64,000 bases of DNA from Bacteroidia bacterium (GTDB taxonomy: Bacteria; Bacteroidota; Bacteroidia; NS11-12g; UBA9320): NCBI GenBank assembly GCA_965216465.1, contig CBDCFW010000005.1, positions 128,001 to 192,000 of the forward strand. The letters are read 5' to 3'. Made by a program: the position numbers and the translations under genes. Shown piece after piece: positions 1-11,200 of this stretch (positions are counted from its first letter, which is position 1; each line of letters begins with the position of its first letter). The notes beneath the pieces are model-generated. The model did no database searches and was not told the origin of the DNA. It worked only from the letters and a program-made list of their open reading frames with translations.

Positions 1-89
1 ATTAATCGGACGTTGAAATTAAATTAATATTGTTTTTTTCAACATTTGAATGTTAATTTGTGAAACTTTTTTAAAGGAAAGAATTTATT

Positions 90-1349
90 ATGAAGTTAAT
101 TGCTAAGGCTCTTGTGATGTTTACATTTCTTTCACTCGTTGGTTGCGGGATGAATGATCACGGTGAATTAATTGGTGTTCAAGGTAGAAGACCATGGTTC
201 CACCCACAACCTTTCGGTACGGTTTATGTTCCTACGGGTACATTCCATACTGGACAAAGTGATGAGGACATCTTCCACACTTACATTGCTCCAAACAAGC
301 AAATCTCAGTTCACGCTATGTGGGTTGACGATACCGAAATTACAAACAACGAATACCGTCAGTTTGTGAACTATGTTAAAGATAGTATTGCTCGAAGCAA
401 CAAATATCTTGGATTGGTTAAAGAAAGTGGACAAGAAGAACACGAGATCTTAGACTACGACGAAGAATTCGATTGGGAAGAGTCTTATGAAGACTTAGAG
501 CAAATGTTCTATCAAGGAAGAGATCGTTTCGAAGCAAGAAGACAAATCGATATCCGTAAGCTGGAGTATTACTACCAGTGGATTGACTTAAAAGCTGCTG
601 CTAGACAAGATTACTTTAATTCTGACAGACCTTCTGTTATCAGAGAAAATACTGTAAAAATCTACCCAGATACTTTAGTATGGGTTAGAGACTTTACTTA
701 TTCATACAACGAGCCAATGACTCGTCAGTACTTCAATCACCCTAAATATGATGATTATCCAGTAGTTGGAATCACTTGGCACCAAGCTAATGCATTCTGC
801 AACTGGAGAACACGTTGGCTGAACAGATACTGGGAAACTCAAGACATGCCTATTACTGAGCATTGGAGACTTCCAACTGAGTTCGAATGGGAATTTGCAG
901 CTCGTGGTGGTAGAGACAACAACATGTATCCTTGGGGTGGTCCTTACACTAGAAATAGTAAAGGATGTTTATTAGCAAACTTTAAGCCTAACCGTGGTAA
1001 CTATATGGCTGACGGTGGTTTATATCCTGTAAGAGCTGACTCTTACTTCCCTAACGATTACGGTTTGTATAATATGGCCGGAAACGTTGCAGAGTGGACA
1101 ATTTCAGCGTATGACGAATCTAGTCATCAATTCACTCACGATTTAAACTCTGACTTCCAAGTTGAAGCAGATGATAGAGGCCCATTAACCTTAAAACGTA
1201 AGGTTACGCGAGGTGGTAGCTGGAAAGACGTAGCGTACTTTATCCAAAACGGATCAAGATCGTACGAATACCAAGATACCTCTAAGTCGTTCATCGGGTT
1301 TAGATGTGTACAGACCTACATTGGTAGATCTGCTACGGATAGAAGATAA
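90..1349 (+). CDS. gldK: Gliding motility/T9SS lipoprotein GldK (PorK), FGE-sulfatase fold
   Basis: Lipobox LVGC; motifs YPVVGITW, RLPTEFEWEFAARGG, NDYGLYNMAGNVAEW, RGGSWKD; first gene of a KLMN operon. Confidence 0.95.
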   Translation: MKLIAKALVMFTFLSLVGCGMNDHGELIGVQGRRPWFHPQPFGTVYVPTGTFHTGQSDEDIFHTYIAPNKQISVHAMWVDDTEITNNEYRQFVNYVKDSIARSNKYLGLVKESGQEEHEILDYDEEFDWEESYEDLEQMFYQGRDRFEARRQIDIRKLEYYYQWIDLKAAARQDYFNSDRPSVIRENTVKIYPDTLVWVRDFTYSYNEPMTRQYFNHPKYDDYPVVGITWHQANAFCNWRTRWLNRYWETQDMPITEHWRLPTEFEWEFAARGGRDNNMYPWGGPYTRNSKGCLLANFKPNRGNYMADGGLYPVRADSYFPNDYGLYNMAGNVAEWTISAYDESSHQFTHDLNSDFQVEADDRGPLTLKRKVTRGGSWKDVAYFIQNGSRSYEYQDTSKSFIGFRCVQTYIGRSATDRR

Positions 1350-1456
1350 GAACATTTTTTTAACCAAATACTAAATCTTATTTTCTTCCGTTAATATTTG
1401 ACAACATTTTAATAATTAATACTTAAACAATAAAAAACAACTTTAACTGAAAAATT

Positions 1457-2116
1457 ATGGCGAATTTTTTTGAATCGAAATCTGGAAAAAAAGTAATGGC
1501 TATGGCCTACGGAATTGGTGCATCTATTGTAATTGCGGGTGCATTATTTAAAATTCTTCACTGGCCTGGTGCTGACTTAATGCTAATTGTTGGTATGTCT
1601 ACTGAGGCATTCATTTTCTTTCTTTCTGCTTTCGAACCATTACACGAAGAATGGGACTGGAGCCTTGTTTATCCTGAATTAGCAGGAATGGAAGGTTCAA
1701 GAGAAGCTGCAAAAGTTGGAGCAGGTGATTCTGTTTCTCAACAATTAGACAGCATGTTATCTGAAGCTAAAATTGGTCCAGACCTTATTGAAGGTTTAGG
1801 AACTGGTTTAAAATCTCTTTCTAGCAACGTAAGCTCAATGGCTGATTTGTCAGGAGCAACTGTAGCTACTAAGGAATATGCTGAAAACGTTCACAGAGCG
1901 AATGAGCAATTAATGGGTATGAACTCTTCATACACTAGAGCGGTATCTGCGTTAGAAAGCTTATCTGAAACTACTGAGTCTTTCAAAGAGACTACTAGTA
2001 AAGTTGCAAGCATCAACCAAACATTGAACGACAACTTAGTAAGTTTCGATCAAAATATCCAAAACTTAAACAAAGTTTACGGTGGTATGCTTAACGCAAT
2101 GAGACCAAATAGCTAA
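1457..2116 (+). CDS. gldL: T9SS/gliding motor protein GldL (PorL)
   Basis: AYGIGASIVIAGALFKILHWPG...TEAFIFFLSAFEP...WSLVYPEL two-TM signature; C-terminal LNKVYGGMLNAM. Confidence 0.95.
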   Translation: MANFFESKSGKKVMAMAYGIGASIVIAGALFKILHWPGADLMLIVGMSTEAFIFFLSAFEPLHEEWDWSLVYPELAGMEGSREAAKVGAGDSVSQQLDSMLSEAKIGPDLIEGLGTGLKSLSSNVSSMADLSGATVATKEYAENVHRANEQLMGMNSSYTRAVSALESLSETTESFKETTSKVASINQTLNDNLVSFDQNIQNLNKVYGGMLNAMRPNS

Positions 2117-2155
2117 TCCTAACCATAATTTTTAACTGATTAAAATTAACTAATT

Positions 2156-3742
2156 ATGGCAGGAGCTAAATTATCACCGCGGCAGAAGATGATTAACATG
2201 ATGTACTTGGTACTCATGGCACTTCTTGCCCTTAACGTTTCTAAGGAAATACTTAAATCTTTCTTCTTCTTTGAGCAAAGTTTTAATGCGGCAGCTGTAA
2301 ACATCGATTCTAAAAACGCAGCTACCATGGCAGCGTTCGATAAGAACATGAAAACTGCGGCAGCTAAAACTAAGCCTTACTACGAAAGAGCTAAAGCTGT
2401 ACAAGCTGAAGCTGCTGATTTCTACAAGTATATCGATGATATGAAAAAACTTGTTGAAGAGTGGTACGGAGGTAGAGAAGATGGACCTAACTCTCCTTTG
2501 ACTGTACCTGATCAAATGGAGAAACATGCTAAATACTTTACCGATAATAAAAAGGCAAAAGGTTTAGAGTTTAAAGATAAAATTAACAGCACAAGAGATG
2601 CAATGCTTGAGTACTTAAAGCCTGGTAAAGATTCTGTAAAGATCAATGACAACAAGCTTTATGATGAAGCACTTCATGCATGTCAGTTACACGCCGATGA
2701 GCCAGAAGGTAAAGGTGTTAACAAAAAAGACTGGGTGAGTGAAACACTTGAGCACCAACCAGCTGCTGGTTTAATGACTTTCTTAGCTAGAATCAAGAAC
2801 GATGCTAAAACATTAGAATCTGATATTCTTGAGAAACTTGCTAAGCAAATTGATGCAACTGACTACAAATTTGATAAGCTAGAAGCAAAAGTATTGGCTT
2901 CAAGTAACTACATCATGCAAGGTGAAAATTACGAAGCAGATATCTTACTAGTAGCTTCTAACTCTAAAGGTAACCCTACTGTTAAAGTTGGAGAGACTGA
3001 AATTAGTGTTGAAGGTGGTGTTGGTAAATACAGCGTTGCTGCATCAGGTATCGGTCCTAAATCTTTCTCTGGAGAGATTATTGTAATGGGGCCTGACGGA
3101 GTAGCAAAGCCTTACCCATTCGAAGCAGAATACCAAGTGTTCAAACCTGCAGCTACTATTGCAGCTACAGAAATGAACCTTCTTTATAAAGGTATTGATA
3201 ACCCAATGTCTATTTCAGTTCCTGGATTTAGTGCAGCAGACGTGAAAATCTCTGCTCCTGGTATCCGATTGAGTAACAAAGGAGGAGGAAACTACAATGC
3301 GAAAGTTCCATCTAGCACAAACGGTGAAATCACTATCAGTGCAGCAGTTACTGTTGATGGAGTTACTAAACGTGTAGGTTCTCAGAAGTTTAGAGTAAGA
3401 AGTTTACCACAACCAACAGCTCAGTTAGGTGGTATTCCAAACGACGGTTTACCAAAAGGTAAAGCTTCTGTTTCTGCTCAGAGTTCACTATTGGCTACTA
3501 TGGGTGCTGGATTTGCATACAACTTAAAGTACAGAGTTACTGGCTTTAAAATGATTGTTGCATACAAGCGTAAGCCACCAGTTCAAGCACAGTCAAATAG
3601 CGGTGCTTTAACCGGTCAAATGAAGTCTATGATTAGATCTGCAGGGCCTGGTGATAGAATTTTATTTGAAGGAATTAGAGCAACTGAAGCCAAGTATGGT
3701 TTCAAAGCGAATTTGAGTCCAATTATTATAACCATACGATAA
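2156..3742 (+). CDS. gldM: T9SS/gliding motor protein GldM (PorM)
   Basis: N-terminal SPRQKMINMMYLVLMALLALNVSKEIL; MNLLYKGIDNPMSISVPG. Confidence 0.95.
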   Translation: MAGAKLSPRQKMINMMYLVLMALLALNVSKEILKSFFFFEQSFNAAAVNIDSKNAATMAAFDKNMKTAAAKTKPYYERAKAVQAEAADFYKYIDDMKKLVEEWYGGREDGPNSPLTVPDQMEKHAKYFTDNKKAKGLEFKDKINSTRDAMLEYLKPGKDSVKINDNKLYDEALHACQLHADEPEGKGVNKKDWVSETLEHQPAAGLMTFLARIKNDAKTLESDILEKLAKQIDATDYKFDKLEAKVLASSNYIMQGENYEADILLVASNSKGNPTVKVGETEISVEGGVGKYSVAASGIGPKSFSGEIIVMGPDGVAKPYPFEAEYQVFKPAATIAATEMNLLYKGIDNPMSISVPGFSAADVKISAPGIRLSNKGGGNYNAKVPSSTNGEITISAAVTVDGVTKRVGSQKFRVRSLPQPTAQLGGIPNDGLPKGKASVSAQSSLLATMGAGFAYNLKYRVTGFKMIVAYKRKPPVQAQSNSGALTGQMKSMIRSAGPGDRILFEGIRATEAKYGFKANLSPIIITIR

Positions 3743-3784
3743 TTGATTCAATTTTCGTTACTTTTGTAAAATAGATATAAAGAT

Positions 3785-4618
3785 ATGAAGAAAATACTGG
3801 TAATATTATTCGCCTTGTTACTTACCGGATTCGGTGCAGACGCTCAAATTAGCAAATTTGAGGACTATACATACCCTCACACTGCTGTGAAGGAACGTAA
3901 AGCTGTTCCATATCGTTATATTCGAGAAGCTAATGTTAAGTGGAGTAAAAGAATCCACCGCATTATAGATGTTAGAGAGAAACAAAATAAAGTAATGCAC
4001 TGGCCACGTAACCCATTCTATCTAATCGTGTGGAATGCAGCGATGAACGGTGACGTTACAGCTTATGTGAATGACTCTTTAACTTCAATGGTTACACCAG
4101 AAGATATTCTAAAACAAGTGAGTATCGAAACAACTGTTATGGTGCCAAACCCAGACAATCCAGATGATCCTTATGATCTTGTTCCTACAACCGTTAAGGA
4201 GACTTACGAGCCGAGCAAGATTGTTAAGTATCGTATTATGGAAGACTGGATTTTTGATTACAATTACTCTGATTTCAGAGCCAGAATCATCGCAATTGCA
4301 CCTCTTTGGAGACCGATTACAGAGTCTGGTTTGGAGTTAGGCGAAACGCCAATGTATTGGATCAAAATGGATGACCTTAGATCAACACTTGCTAATCAAG
4401 AGGTATTTAACTCGAAGAATGATGCTGCAAGAATGAGCTTTGATCACTGGTTCCAAATGAGACAGTTTAACAGCTACATCGTTAAAGAAAGTAACATGTA
4501 CGATTTAGACATCGCTTACTTTGAAGAATTTAAAGATGATGGTGTTGCTTCGCTTCTAGAAAGTGACAGAATTAAAAACGATTTATTCATTCTCGAGCAC
4601 GACCTTTGGGAGTATTAA
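3785..4618 (+). CDS. gldN: Gliding motility/T9SS protein GldN (PorN)
   Basis: YIREANVKWSKRIHRIID, KYRIMEDWIFD, RIIAIAP, C-terminal EHDLWEY; position after gldM. Confidence 0.93.
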   Translation: MKKILVILFALLLTGFGADAQISKFEDYTYPHTAVKERKAVPYRYIREANVKWSKRIHRIIDVREKQNKVMHWPRNPFYLIVWNAAMNGDVTAYVNDSLTSMVTPEDILKQVSIETTVMVPNPDNPDDPYDLVPTTVKETYEPSKIVKYRIMEDWIFDYNYSDFRARIIAIAPLWRPITESGLELGETPMYWIKMDDLRSTLANQEVFNSKNDAARMSFDHWFQMRQFNSYIVKESNMYDLDIAYFEEFKDDGVASLLESDRIKNDLFILEHDLWEY

Positions 4619-4634
4619 TCGAGAGAGATATCAT

Positions 4635-4666
4635 AAAAAAAGGGAACCAAATGGTTCCCTTTTTTT
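4635..4666. terminator. Bidirectional intrinsic terminator
   Basis: A-tract + gggaacca-aa-tggttccc + T-tract between convergent gldN and thiolase genes. Confidence 0.85.
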
Positions 4667-4682
4667 GTGTGTTAATATTCTG

Positions 4683-5882
4683 TTAGCATTTCTTAAATAC
4701 AACAGCTACCCCCTGCCCCACTCCTATACACATCGTAGCAAGTGCATACTTGGCAGAGTTACGTTTTTTAAGCTCGTGCATCAGCGTGCTCGTTATACGT
4801 GCCCCTGACGCTCCTAAAGGGTGCCCAATCGCTATAGAGCCTCCATTAACATTAATAATATCAGGATTTAAATCTAAATCGCGTATACAGGCTATTGCTT
4901 GTGCGGCAAATGCTTCATTAAGTTCAATTAGATCCAAGTCGTTTGTGGTTATTCCCGCTCTTTTAAGTGCTTTTTGTGTTGCAGGAACTGGACCTATGCC
5001 CATAATGTCTGGATGAACTCCAGCAGCTGCACTAGAAACAACTTCGGCAATGGGCTCTAGATTGTATCGTTTAAGAGCGTCTTCTGAAACAACAAGAAGA
5101 GCCGCTGCACCATCATTCACACCTGAAGCATTTCCAGCCGTCACAGTACCATCCTTCTTAAAAGCTGGTCGTAAACTGGCTAGCTTCTCTACTGAACTTA
5201 GTCTTGGGTGCTCATCTGTATCAAAAATTAAATCTTCAGCCTTTCTTTGAGGAACACGTACCGGAATAATCTCATCGTTAAACTTACCTGCTTCGTGAGC
5301 TGCCTGATATTTTTGTTGCGTGTGATGTGCAAATTCATCTTGCTCTTCACGTGTAATTCCATATTTCTCAACTACATTCTCAGCAGTTTCTCCCATAGCG
5401 TATGGAAAATACATTTCCGAGAGTTTTGGATTTATGAACCTCCATCCTATTGATGTATCATAAATCTTATTGCTTCTGCTGTATGCTGTTTCGGCTTTTG
5501 GAAGAATAAACGGAGCCCGGGTCATGCTCTCAACACCTCCAGCAATAAACATATCACCGTATCCCACGGCTATGTTTTTAGACACATCGGCAACAGCCTG
5601 TAAGCTGCTCGCACATAATCTATTAATGGTCAATCCTGGAACAGTTACTGGTAATCCAGCCATAAGTGCACTCATTCGCGCCACATTACGATTGTCTTCA
5701 CCAGCTTGGTTAGCTGCTCCAAAAACTACGTCCTCAATTTCATTTACATCAATTGAAGGATTTCTTTCAACAATTGCCTTAATCACATCGGTAGCCAAAT
5801 CATCAGGCCGAACCGATGCTAGGCTTCCTCCAAACTTTCCAACTGCAGTTCTTGCAGCATCAACAATAAATGCTCTTTTCAT
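4683..5882 (-). CDS. Acetyl-CoA C-acyltransferase (thiolase, PcaF/PaaJ-like)
   Basis: NRLCASSL, TAGNASGVNDGA, ELNEAFA, GHPLGASG, MCIGVGQG thiolase motifs. Confidence 0.95.
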   Translation of the reverse strand: MKRAFIVDAARTAVGKFGGSLASVRPDDLATDVIKAIVERNPSIDVNEIEDVVFGAANQAGEDNRNVARMSALMAGLPVTVPGLTINRLCASSLQAVADVSKNIAVGYGDMFIAGGVESMTRAPFILPKAETAYSRSNKIYDTSIGWRFINPKLSEMYFPYAMGETAENVVEKYGITREEQDEFAHHTQQKYQAAHEAGKFNDEIIPVRVPQRKAEDLIFDTDEHPRLSSVEKLASLRPAFKKDGTVTAGNASGVNDGAAALLVVSEDALKRYNLEPIAEVVSSAAAGVHPDIMGIGPVPATQKALKRAGITTNDLDLIELNEAFAAQAIACIRDLDLNPDIINVNGGSIAIGHPLGASGARITSTLMHELKKRNSAKYALATMCIGVGQGVAVVFKKC

Positions 5883-6012
5883 TTCGCAAGCAAAAATACT
5901 ATTTATTCTACGCTAATTTTGGACCTTTAATGTTGTCCGATACTTATATAACCAATGAAGCGGTGTAAAAGATTTCTTAATAAGTTTATACAACATCCTT
6001 TCAGGTGAGTAT

Positions 6013-6020
6013 TACATTTG
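6013..6020 (+). promoter_or_regulatory. Bacteroidota -7 promoter element (TAnnTTTG)
   Basis: TACATTTG just upstream of ATG 6025. The same motif recurs at 18782, 28576, 31209, 39033 and 47352. Confidence 0.6.
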
Positions 6021-6024
6021 CTTT

Positions 6025-6495
6025 ATGATTCAACGACCACAGACATTATATTTTCTAGCGATGATCGCAATATGTGTAATGCTATTGTTTACAGACACCG
6101 TTTTCTATTCGGCAGAGAGTAATAATGCAGATGGTAAATTTACCGTTGAGTATGATGAAACTGAAATCACTGCTGAAGATGGAACCTCCAAAGAATCAAA
6201 CATTTACCTTTCTATGTTCTTAGGAGCAGTTGGCTTTTTGGCCTTAGCTTCTCTTGTCGTATTTAAGAATCGAAAGCTTCAAACTTTGCTTTCTGGATTC
6301 AACTATTTATTCATCTTAGGTTTGATCGTAATGATGTATATGTATAGCATTAACATGAATTACTTTCAAGATGGCACATCGTCTTTTACCTTCTTCTCAG
6401 CAATACCCGTTGCTCTCTTGATTCTTAATTTCCTAGCAATGCGAAACATTAAGAAAGACGAGCAACTTATCAGATCTATGGATCGACTTCGATAA
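6025..6495 (+). CDS. DUF4293 family membrane protein
   Basis: MIQRPQTLY start, FKNRKLQ, C-terminal IKKDEQLIRSMDRLR. Confidence 0.85.
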   Translation: MIQRPQTLYFLAMIAICVMLLFTDTVFYSAESNNADGKFTVEYDETEITAEDGTSKESNIYLSMFLGAVGFLALASLVVFKNRKLQTLLSGFNYLFILGLIVMMYMYSINMNYFQDGTSSFTFFSAIPVALLILNFLAMRNIKKDEQLIRSMDRLR

Positions 6496-6497
6496 AC

Positions 6498-8126
6498 TTG
6501 AAAATTCTAGAAGCACATAACTTTAGTGTTCGGTTTAAAACGAATACAGGCAGCACATTTACAGCTGTTAAGGATATAAGCTTCAGTATTGAGCAAGGTC
6601 AAATTTTAGGGCTTATTGGAGAAAGCGGAAGTGGCAAGTCAGTGGCTAGTCAAAGCTTAACTCGCCTAATAGAGTCCGCAAGCCTAGAAGGCGAAGTCAA
6701 TTTCGTCTATAAGGAAAAGGAATACAACCTTACAAACTGCTCTGAAACAGAACTTATAAAACTGAGACAAGAAGCTATTGCTTATATCTTTCAAGAACCT
6801 ATGACTGCTTTAAATCCACTTATTAAATGTGGTGCACAAATACTTGAAGAAGCGAAACAAAACAGTGATGAATACCTAAAAGAACTCTTAAACAAGGTAG
6901 AACTCACTGATTTTAAACGCGTTGCAAACAGTTATCCGCACGAATTAAGTGGCGGTCAACGACAACGAATCATGATTGCCATGGCTCTAGCAAAGAATCC
7001 GCAACTTTTAATTGCAGATGAACCGACCACTGCACTTGATGTTGCAGTTCAAACAGAGATTTTAAACCTGCTAAGAAATTTAAGCAGATCTGAAAACATG
7101 GCGATTCTCTTTATTACGCACGACCTGTTATCTCTGCAAAATTTTGCAGACAATATTGCGGTTATGTACAAAGGTGAATTAGTTGAGCAAGGAACGGCAA
7201 ATCAAATCCTTAACCAACCGAGCCATCCATACACAAAAGCATTAATTCAAAGCCGAGCAACCTACAACAAAAAGGGACTAAAGCTTTCAGAAATTGATAA
7301 ACTGATTGCCTTTGATAATGGAAAGATGGTTTACACCGAAAACACAAACCAACCCATTGAACCACAGGACATTACTGACATTTCTACAATTAGCGTCAGT
7401 CAGCTTTCTAAGTCACATATAAAGAAATCGTTATTTAAAAAGAACGAAACCAAGGTGTTACACGACATTGACTTTGAACTTTGTCAAGGTGATACTTTGG
7501 GATTAATTGGAGAGAGTGGAAGCGGTAAAAGTACAATAGCTAAAATTCTACTTTCCATCTGGCCTGCGAGCGGAGGGCAAGTAACTTTAGACGGAAATAA
7601 TTTGAATGCAGTTGATAATCTCGCTGAGAAAATACAGTTAGTTTTTCAAGACCCTTTTTCATCACTTAACCCAAAACACAAGGTAGGGAAAGCCATAGGA
7701 GAAGTGGTAAAATCAATAGGAATAAAGAAACCCAAAGAGCGAGTTGTAGAATTGCTGGAATCTGTTGGACTGGATTCCGAAGCATATTCTAAGTATCCAC
7801 ACGAGTTTTCAGGTGGGCAACGTCAGCGTATTTGTATTGCAAAAGCACTGGCTAAGAATCCTAAAATAATTGTTCTTGATGAGGCAGTATCAGCCTTGGA
7901 TGTAAGTGTACAAGCAAAAATTTTAAATTTACTTAACCAATTAAAAACAGACAATAAACTCACTTATTTGTTAATTAGTCACGACATGAATGTAGTGAGT
8001 TATTTCTGTAACAAAATAATCGTGCTTAAAGAAGGACGAATTGTTGAAAGTGGAGATACAGATGAGTTGATAAAAAACCCTTCATCTCCGTACACTAAAG
8101 AACTTCTAGAACACAGCATTAATTAA
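6498..8126 (+). CDS. Dipeptide/oligopeptide-type ABC transporter ATP-binding protein, fused double NBD
   Basis: Two GESGSGKS Walker A motifs; YPHELSGGQRQR and YPHEFSGGQRQR signatures. Confidence 0.92.
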   Translation: MKILEAHNFSVRFKTNTGSTFTAVKDISFSIEQGQILGLIGESGSGKSVASQSLTRLIESASLEGEVNFVYKEKEYNLTNCSETELIKLRQEAIAYIFQEPMTALNPLIKCGAQILEEAKQNSDEYLKELLNKVELTDFKRVANSYPHELSGGQRQRIMIAMALAKNPQLLIADEPTTALDVAVQTEILNLLRNLSRSENMAILFITHDLLSLQNFADNIAVMYKGELVEQGTANQILNQPSHPYTKALIQSRATYNKKGLKLSEIDKLIAFDNGKMVYTENTNQPIEPQDITDISTISVSQLSKSHIKKSLFKKNETKVLHDIDFELCQGDTLGLIGESGSGKSTIAKILLSIWPASGGQVTLDGNNLNAVDNLAEKIQLVFQDPFSSLNPKHKVGKAIGEVVKSIGIKKPKERVVELLESVGLDSEAYSKYPHEFSGGQRQRICIAKALAKNPKIIVLDEAVSALDVSVQAKILNLLNQLKTDNKLTYLLISHDMNVVSYFCNKIIVLKEGRIVESGDTDELIKNPSSPYTKELLEHSIN

Positions 8127-8132
8127 GCCCCA

Positions 8133-10244
8133 TTGAAGAAAAAGAATAAACGAATTAGGAAATCTGACGACTACAGTCAAGTACTCAATGTGCTTATCTC
8201 TCTTGCGAATAAAGCACTGAATTACAAGCAAGTATCGTCAAAACTTCCAGATATCCCACGCAAAGATGTTGCGATTACACTCGAACTTTTAGCTCGAGAT
8301 GGAAAGATTGAACGTGTGAATCGAGGACAGTACATGTACCGTAAAACAAGCGATGAGATCATCGGTGTTCTTGACTTTAACCAACGCGGAGATGCCTACT
8401 TGGTTGCTGACAACTTAGACAAGGATTTAAAAATAAAACCTGGCCACACCCTCGATGCCTTTGATGGAGACGAGGTGGCTGTTAAACTGGTATATTCAAG
8501 GAAAAGCAGCAGCGTAAAAGCCTTTGTAACTGAAGTTTTAAGTCGAGCACGAACGAGTTTTGTAGGCGTTGTTTCACAAGCAGGAAATGCCTATTTTATT
8601 GTACCTGACAACACCAAGATACATACGGACTTTTATGTTCCAAAAGAACGTTTAAAGGGAGCTGAACACGGTGATAAGGTTTTATTCACGTATCGAAACT
8701 GGCCGCCAAATGCCAAAAACCCGTATGCTAGCATTAAGCAAATTTTTGGCAAGACAGGCGACAACAATGCTGAGATGCACGCAATTGTAGCCGAGTTTGG
8801 ATTTGATACAGAATTTGATCCAAGAGTGGAGAAGGCTGCAAAAGCCCTATCTCCAGGAATTACAAAAGATGAAATTGCTAAACGAGAGGATTATCGTACT
8901 ATAACGACATTCACGATTGACCCTGTAGATGCCAAAGACTTTGATGATGCCTTGAGTTTTAAGACATTAGACAATGGTAATTACGAAATTGGAGTTCATA
9001 TTGCTGACGTTTCGCATTACGTTCAACCTCAAGACCTTATAGATGAAGAAGCTTTGAGACGGGCTACTTCAGTATATCTTGTAGACCGGACAATTCCGAT
9101 GCTTCCGGAAAGCTTGTCAAATGAAATATGTTCGTTAAGGCCAAATGAAGAGTCACTTTGTTTCGCCGTAATCTTTGAACTTGATGATTCAGGCACAGTT
9201 TGCAATTACCGCTTTGCAAAAACAGTGATTTACTCTGACCGACGCTTTGCTTATGAAGAAGCCCAAGACGTTATAGAGTCTGGTAAAGGTGATTATTCAG
9301 ACGAGATAACTAAAATGAACAGTCTCGCTCTAAAGATTAAAGAGGCTCGCTATAAAAATGGGGCGATTAATTTCGAGACAACTGAGTTTCGCTTTAATCT
9401 TGACAAAAATGGCAAGCCTACCGCAGTTTACCCCAAAGTGAGGAAGGAGGCCCATAAAATGATTGAGGAGTATATGTTATTAGCAAATAAGTACGTTGCT
9501 ATGCACCTGTATGTCAAAAATAACAAGACCCCTCTTCCCTATCGCGTTCATGAGGAGCCATCTCAAGAGAAGTTACAGGAGTTTGCTGAAACAGCATTGA
9601 ACTTCGGATACAAGATTGATATAACAGATCACAAGCAGCTATCGCGTTCAATAAATGAAATGGTCGCAAAAGTGCAAGGAACCTTAGACGGCGACATTTT
9701 GCAGCCAATGGCCATTCGAAGTATGGAAAAGGCGTATTACACGAGTAAAAAGATTGGCCATTTTGGACTCGCATTTGACCACTATGCCCATTTTACCTCT
9801 CCTATCCGTCGTTACCCCGATTTAATAACACATCGTATGCTGCATGACTATCTACTTAAGAAAAAGTCATTTAACTACAATGATGTTGAACGAATGGCAA
9901 AGCACAGCAGTGGTCAAGAACAGAAAGCTGTAAGTGCAGAGCGTGCTTCAACCAAGTACAAGCAAGTTGAGTACTTGAGTAATTTTAAGGGTGAAGAATT
10001 TGAAGGAATAATAAGTGGAGTAACCGAATGGGGAATCTACGTAGAGATTATTGAAAATAAGTGTGAAGGAATGATTCGTTTACGCGATATGAAGGGAGAC
10101 AAGTACGCCTATCATCCCGACAAGCGAATTGTTGTTGGGCAACGCTCGAAAGAAGAGTTTAGCATGGGGATGAGGCTTTGGATAAGAGTTAAGAATACCA
10201 ATTTAGATAGAAGAACAATTGATTTTGAATTAGTTAGAGAATGA
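8133..10244 (+). CDS. rnr: Ribonuclease R
   Basis: FTIDPVDAKDFDDALS, HIADVSHYV, HFTSPIRRYPDL RNB motifs; C-terminal S1 domain. Confidence 0.95.
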   Translation: MKKKNKRIRKSDDYSQVLNVLISLANKALNYKQVSSKLPDIPRKDVAITLELLARDGKIERVNRGQYMYRKTSDEIIGVLDFNQRGDAYLVADNLDKDLKIKPGHTLDAFDGDEVAVKLVYSRKSSSVKAFVTEVLSRARTSFVGVVSQAGNAYFIVPDNTKIHTDFYVPKERLKGAEHGDKVLFTYRNWPPNAKNPYASIKQIFGKTGDNNAEMHAIVAEFGFDTEFDPRVEKAAKALSPGITKDEIAKREDYRTITTFTIDPVDAKDFDDALSFKTLDNGNYEIGVHIADVSHYVQPQDLIDEEALRRATSVYLVDRTIPMLPESLSNEICSLRPNEESLCFAVIFELDDSGTVCNYRFAKTVIYSDRRFAYEEAQDVIESGKGDYSDEITKMNSLALKIKEARYKNGAINFETTEFRFNLDKNGKPTAVYPKVRKEAHKMIEEYMLLANKYVAMHLYVKNNKTPLPYRVHEEPSQEKLQEFAETALNFGYKIDITDHKQLSRSINEMVAKVQGTLDGDILQPMAIRSMEKAYYTSKKIGHFGLAFDHYAHFTSPIRRYPDLITHRMLHDYLLKKKSFNYNDVERMAKHSSGQEQKAVSAERASTKYKQVEYLSNFKGEEFEGIISGVTEWGIYVEIIENKCEGMIRLRDMKGDKYAYHPDKRIVVGQRSKEEFSMGMRLWIRVKNTNLDRRTIDFELVRE

Positions 10245-11200
10245 TAAAACTGCAAGAATTATTGAATGATTTTAAGCCGTCGTTAGAGCGAATTACTAGC
10301 TTTTCTGGTGAGCCAAAGGAAGTTTATGACCCCATAAATTACATTTTAGATTTGGGAGGAAAGCGCATTCGTCCAGCTCTGGTTTTGGCATCCTATCGAT
10401 TGTATAATGACACCTATTCTGATGAGGTTTTCAAGCTTGCCGAAGCGGTTGAAATGTTCCATAATTTCACTCTTTTGCACGATGATATAATGGATAATGC
10501 TACTATGCGTAGAGGCAAGGAAACTGCTCACATTAAGTGGAATGAGCCTACGGCAATCTTATCCGGTGATTTACTTCAAATAAAAGTATACGAAAAATTA
10601 GGGCAGATAGGCAATGTTCAAGTAACAGACTTGTTTACTAAAATGGCTATTGAGCTATGTGAAGGTCAGATGAATGACATGTTGTTTGAAACGCGATCGG
10701 ATGTTAGCAATGATCAGTATTTGGGTATGATTAGGCAAAAAACGGCTGTCTTACTGGCTTTTGCGATGCAAGGAGGTGCATTGTTGGGAGGAGCGAATTT
10801 AGAGCAATCTGGAAAGTTATACGACCTAGGCATTCAGTTGGGAATGACATTTCAGCTAATGGACGACTACCTTGACACATTTGGCTCCAGTGCAAAGGTT
10901 GGTAAGCGTATTGGAGGTGACATTCTCGAAAGAAAGAAGACATATTTATGGAATGCGATGTGGTCTACTTTAAGGAGTTCTCAAAAGGAAGAAGTCGATT
11001 CGTGGTATAATATGTCAGAGGAAGAAACAATTGAAAAAGTACGAGCTTTAATGATTGAGGTTGGTGCCGATCAAATCACGCTTCAGCTAGCCCAAAAATA
11101 CACCCAAGATTGTCAGCTGCAGCTAGAAGAGTTGGCTGTAGAAGGTGATAGATCCTATCTTGCGGAGATTGTTGAGTTGCTCGTATCTCGAGAGAGCTAG
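10241..11200 (+). CDS. Polyprenyl (isoprenyl) diphosphate synthase
   Basis: GGKRIRP, HDDIMDNATMRRG (FARM), FQLMDDYLD (SARM). Confidence 0.93.
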   Translation: MIKLQELLNDFKPSLERITSFSGEPKEVYDPINYILDLGGKRIRPALVLASYRLYNDTYSDEVFKLAEAVEMFHNFTLLHDDIMDNATMRRGKETAHIKWNEPTAILSGDLLQIKVYEKLGQIGNVQVTDLFTKMAIELCEGQMNDMLFETRSDVSNDQYLGMIRQKTAVLLAFAMQGGALLGGANLEQSGKLYDLGIQLGMTFQLMDDYLDTFGSSAKVGKRIGGDILERKKTYLWNAMWSTLRSSQKEEVDSWYNMSEEETIEKVRALMIEVGADQITLQLAQKYTQDCQLQLEELAVEGDRSYLAEIVELLVSRES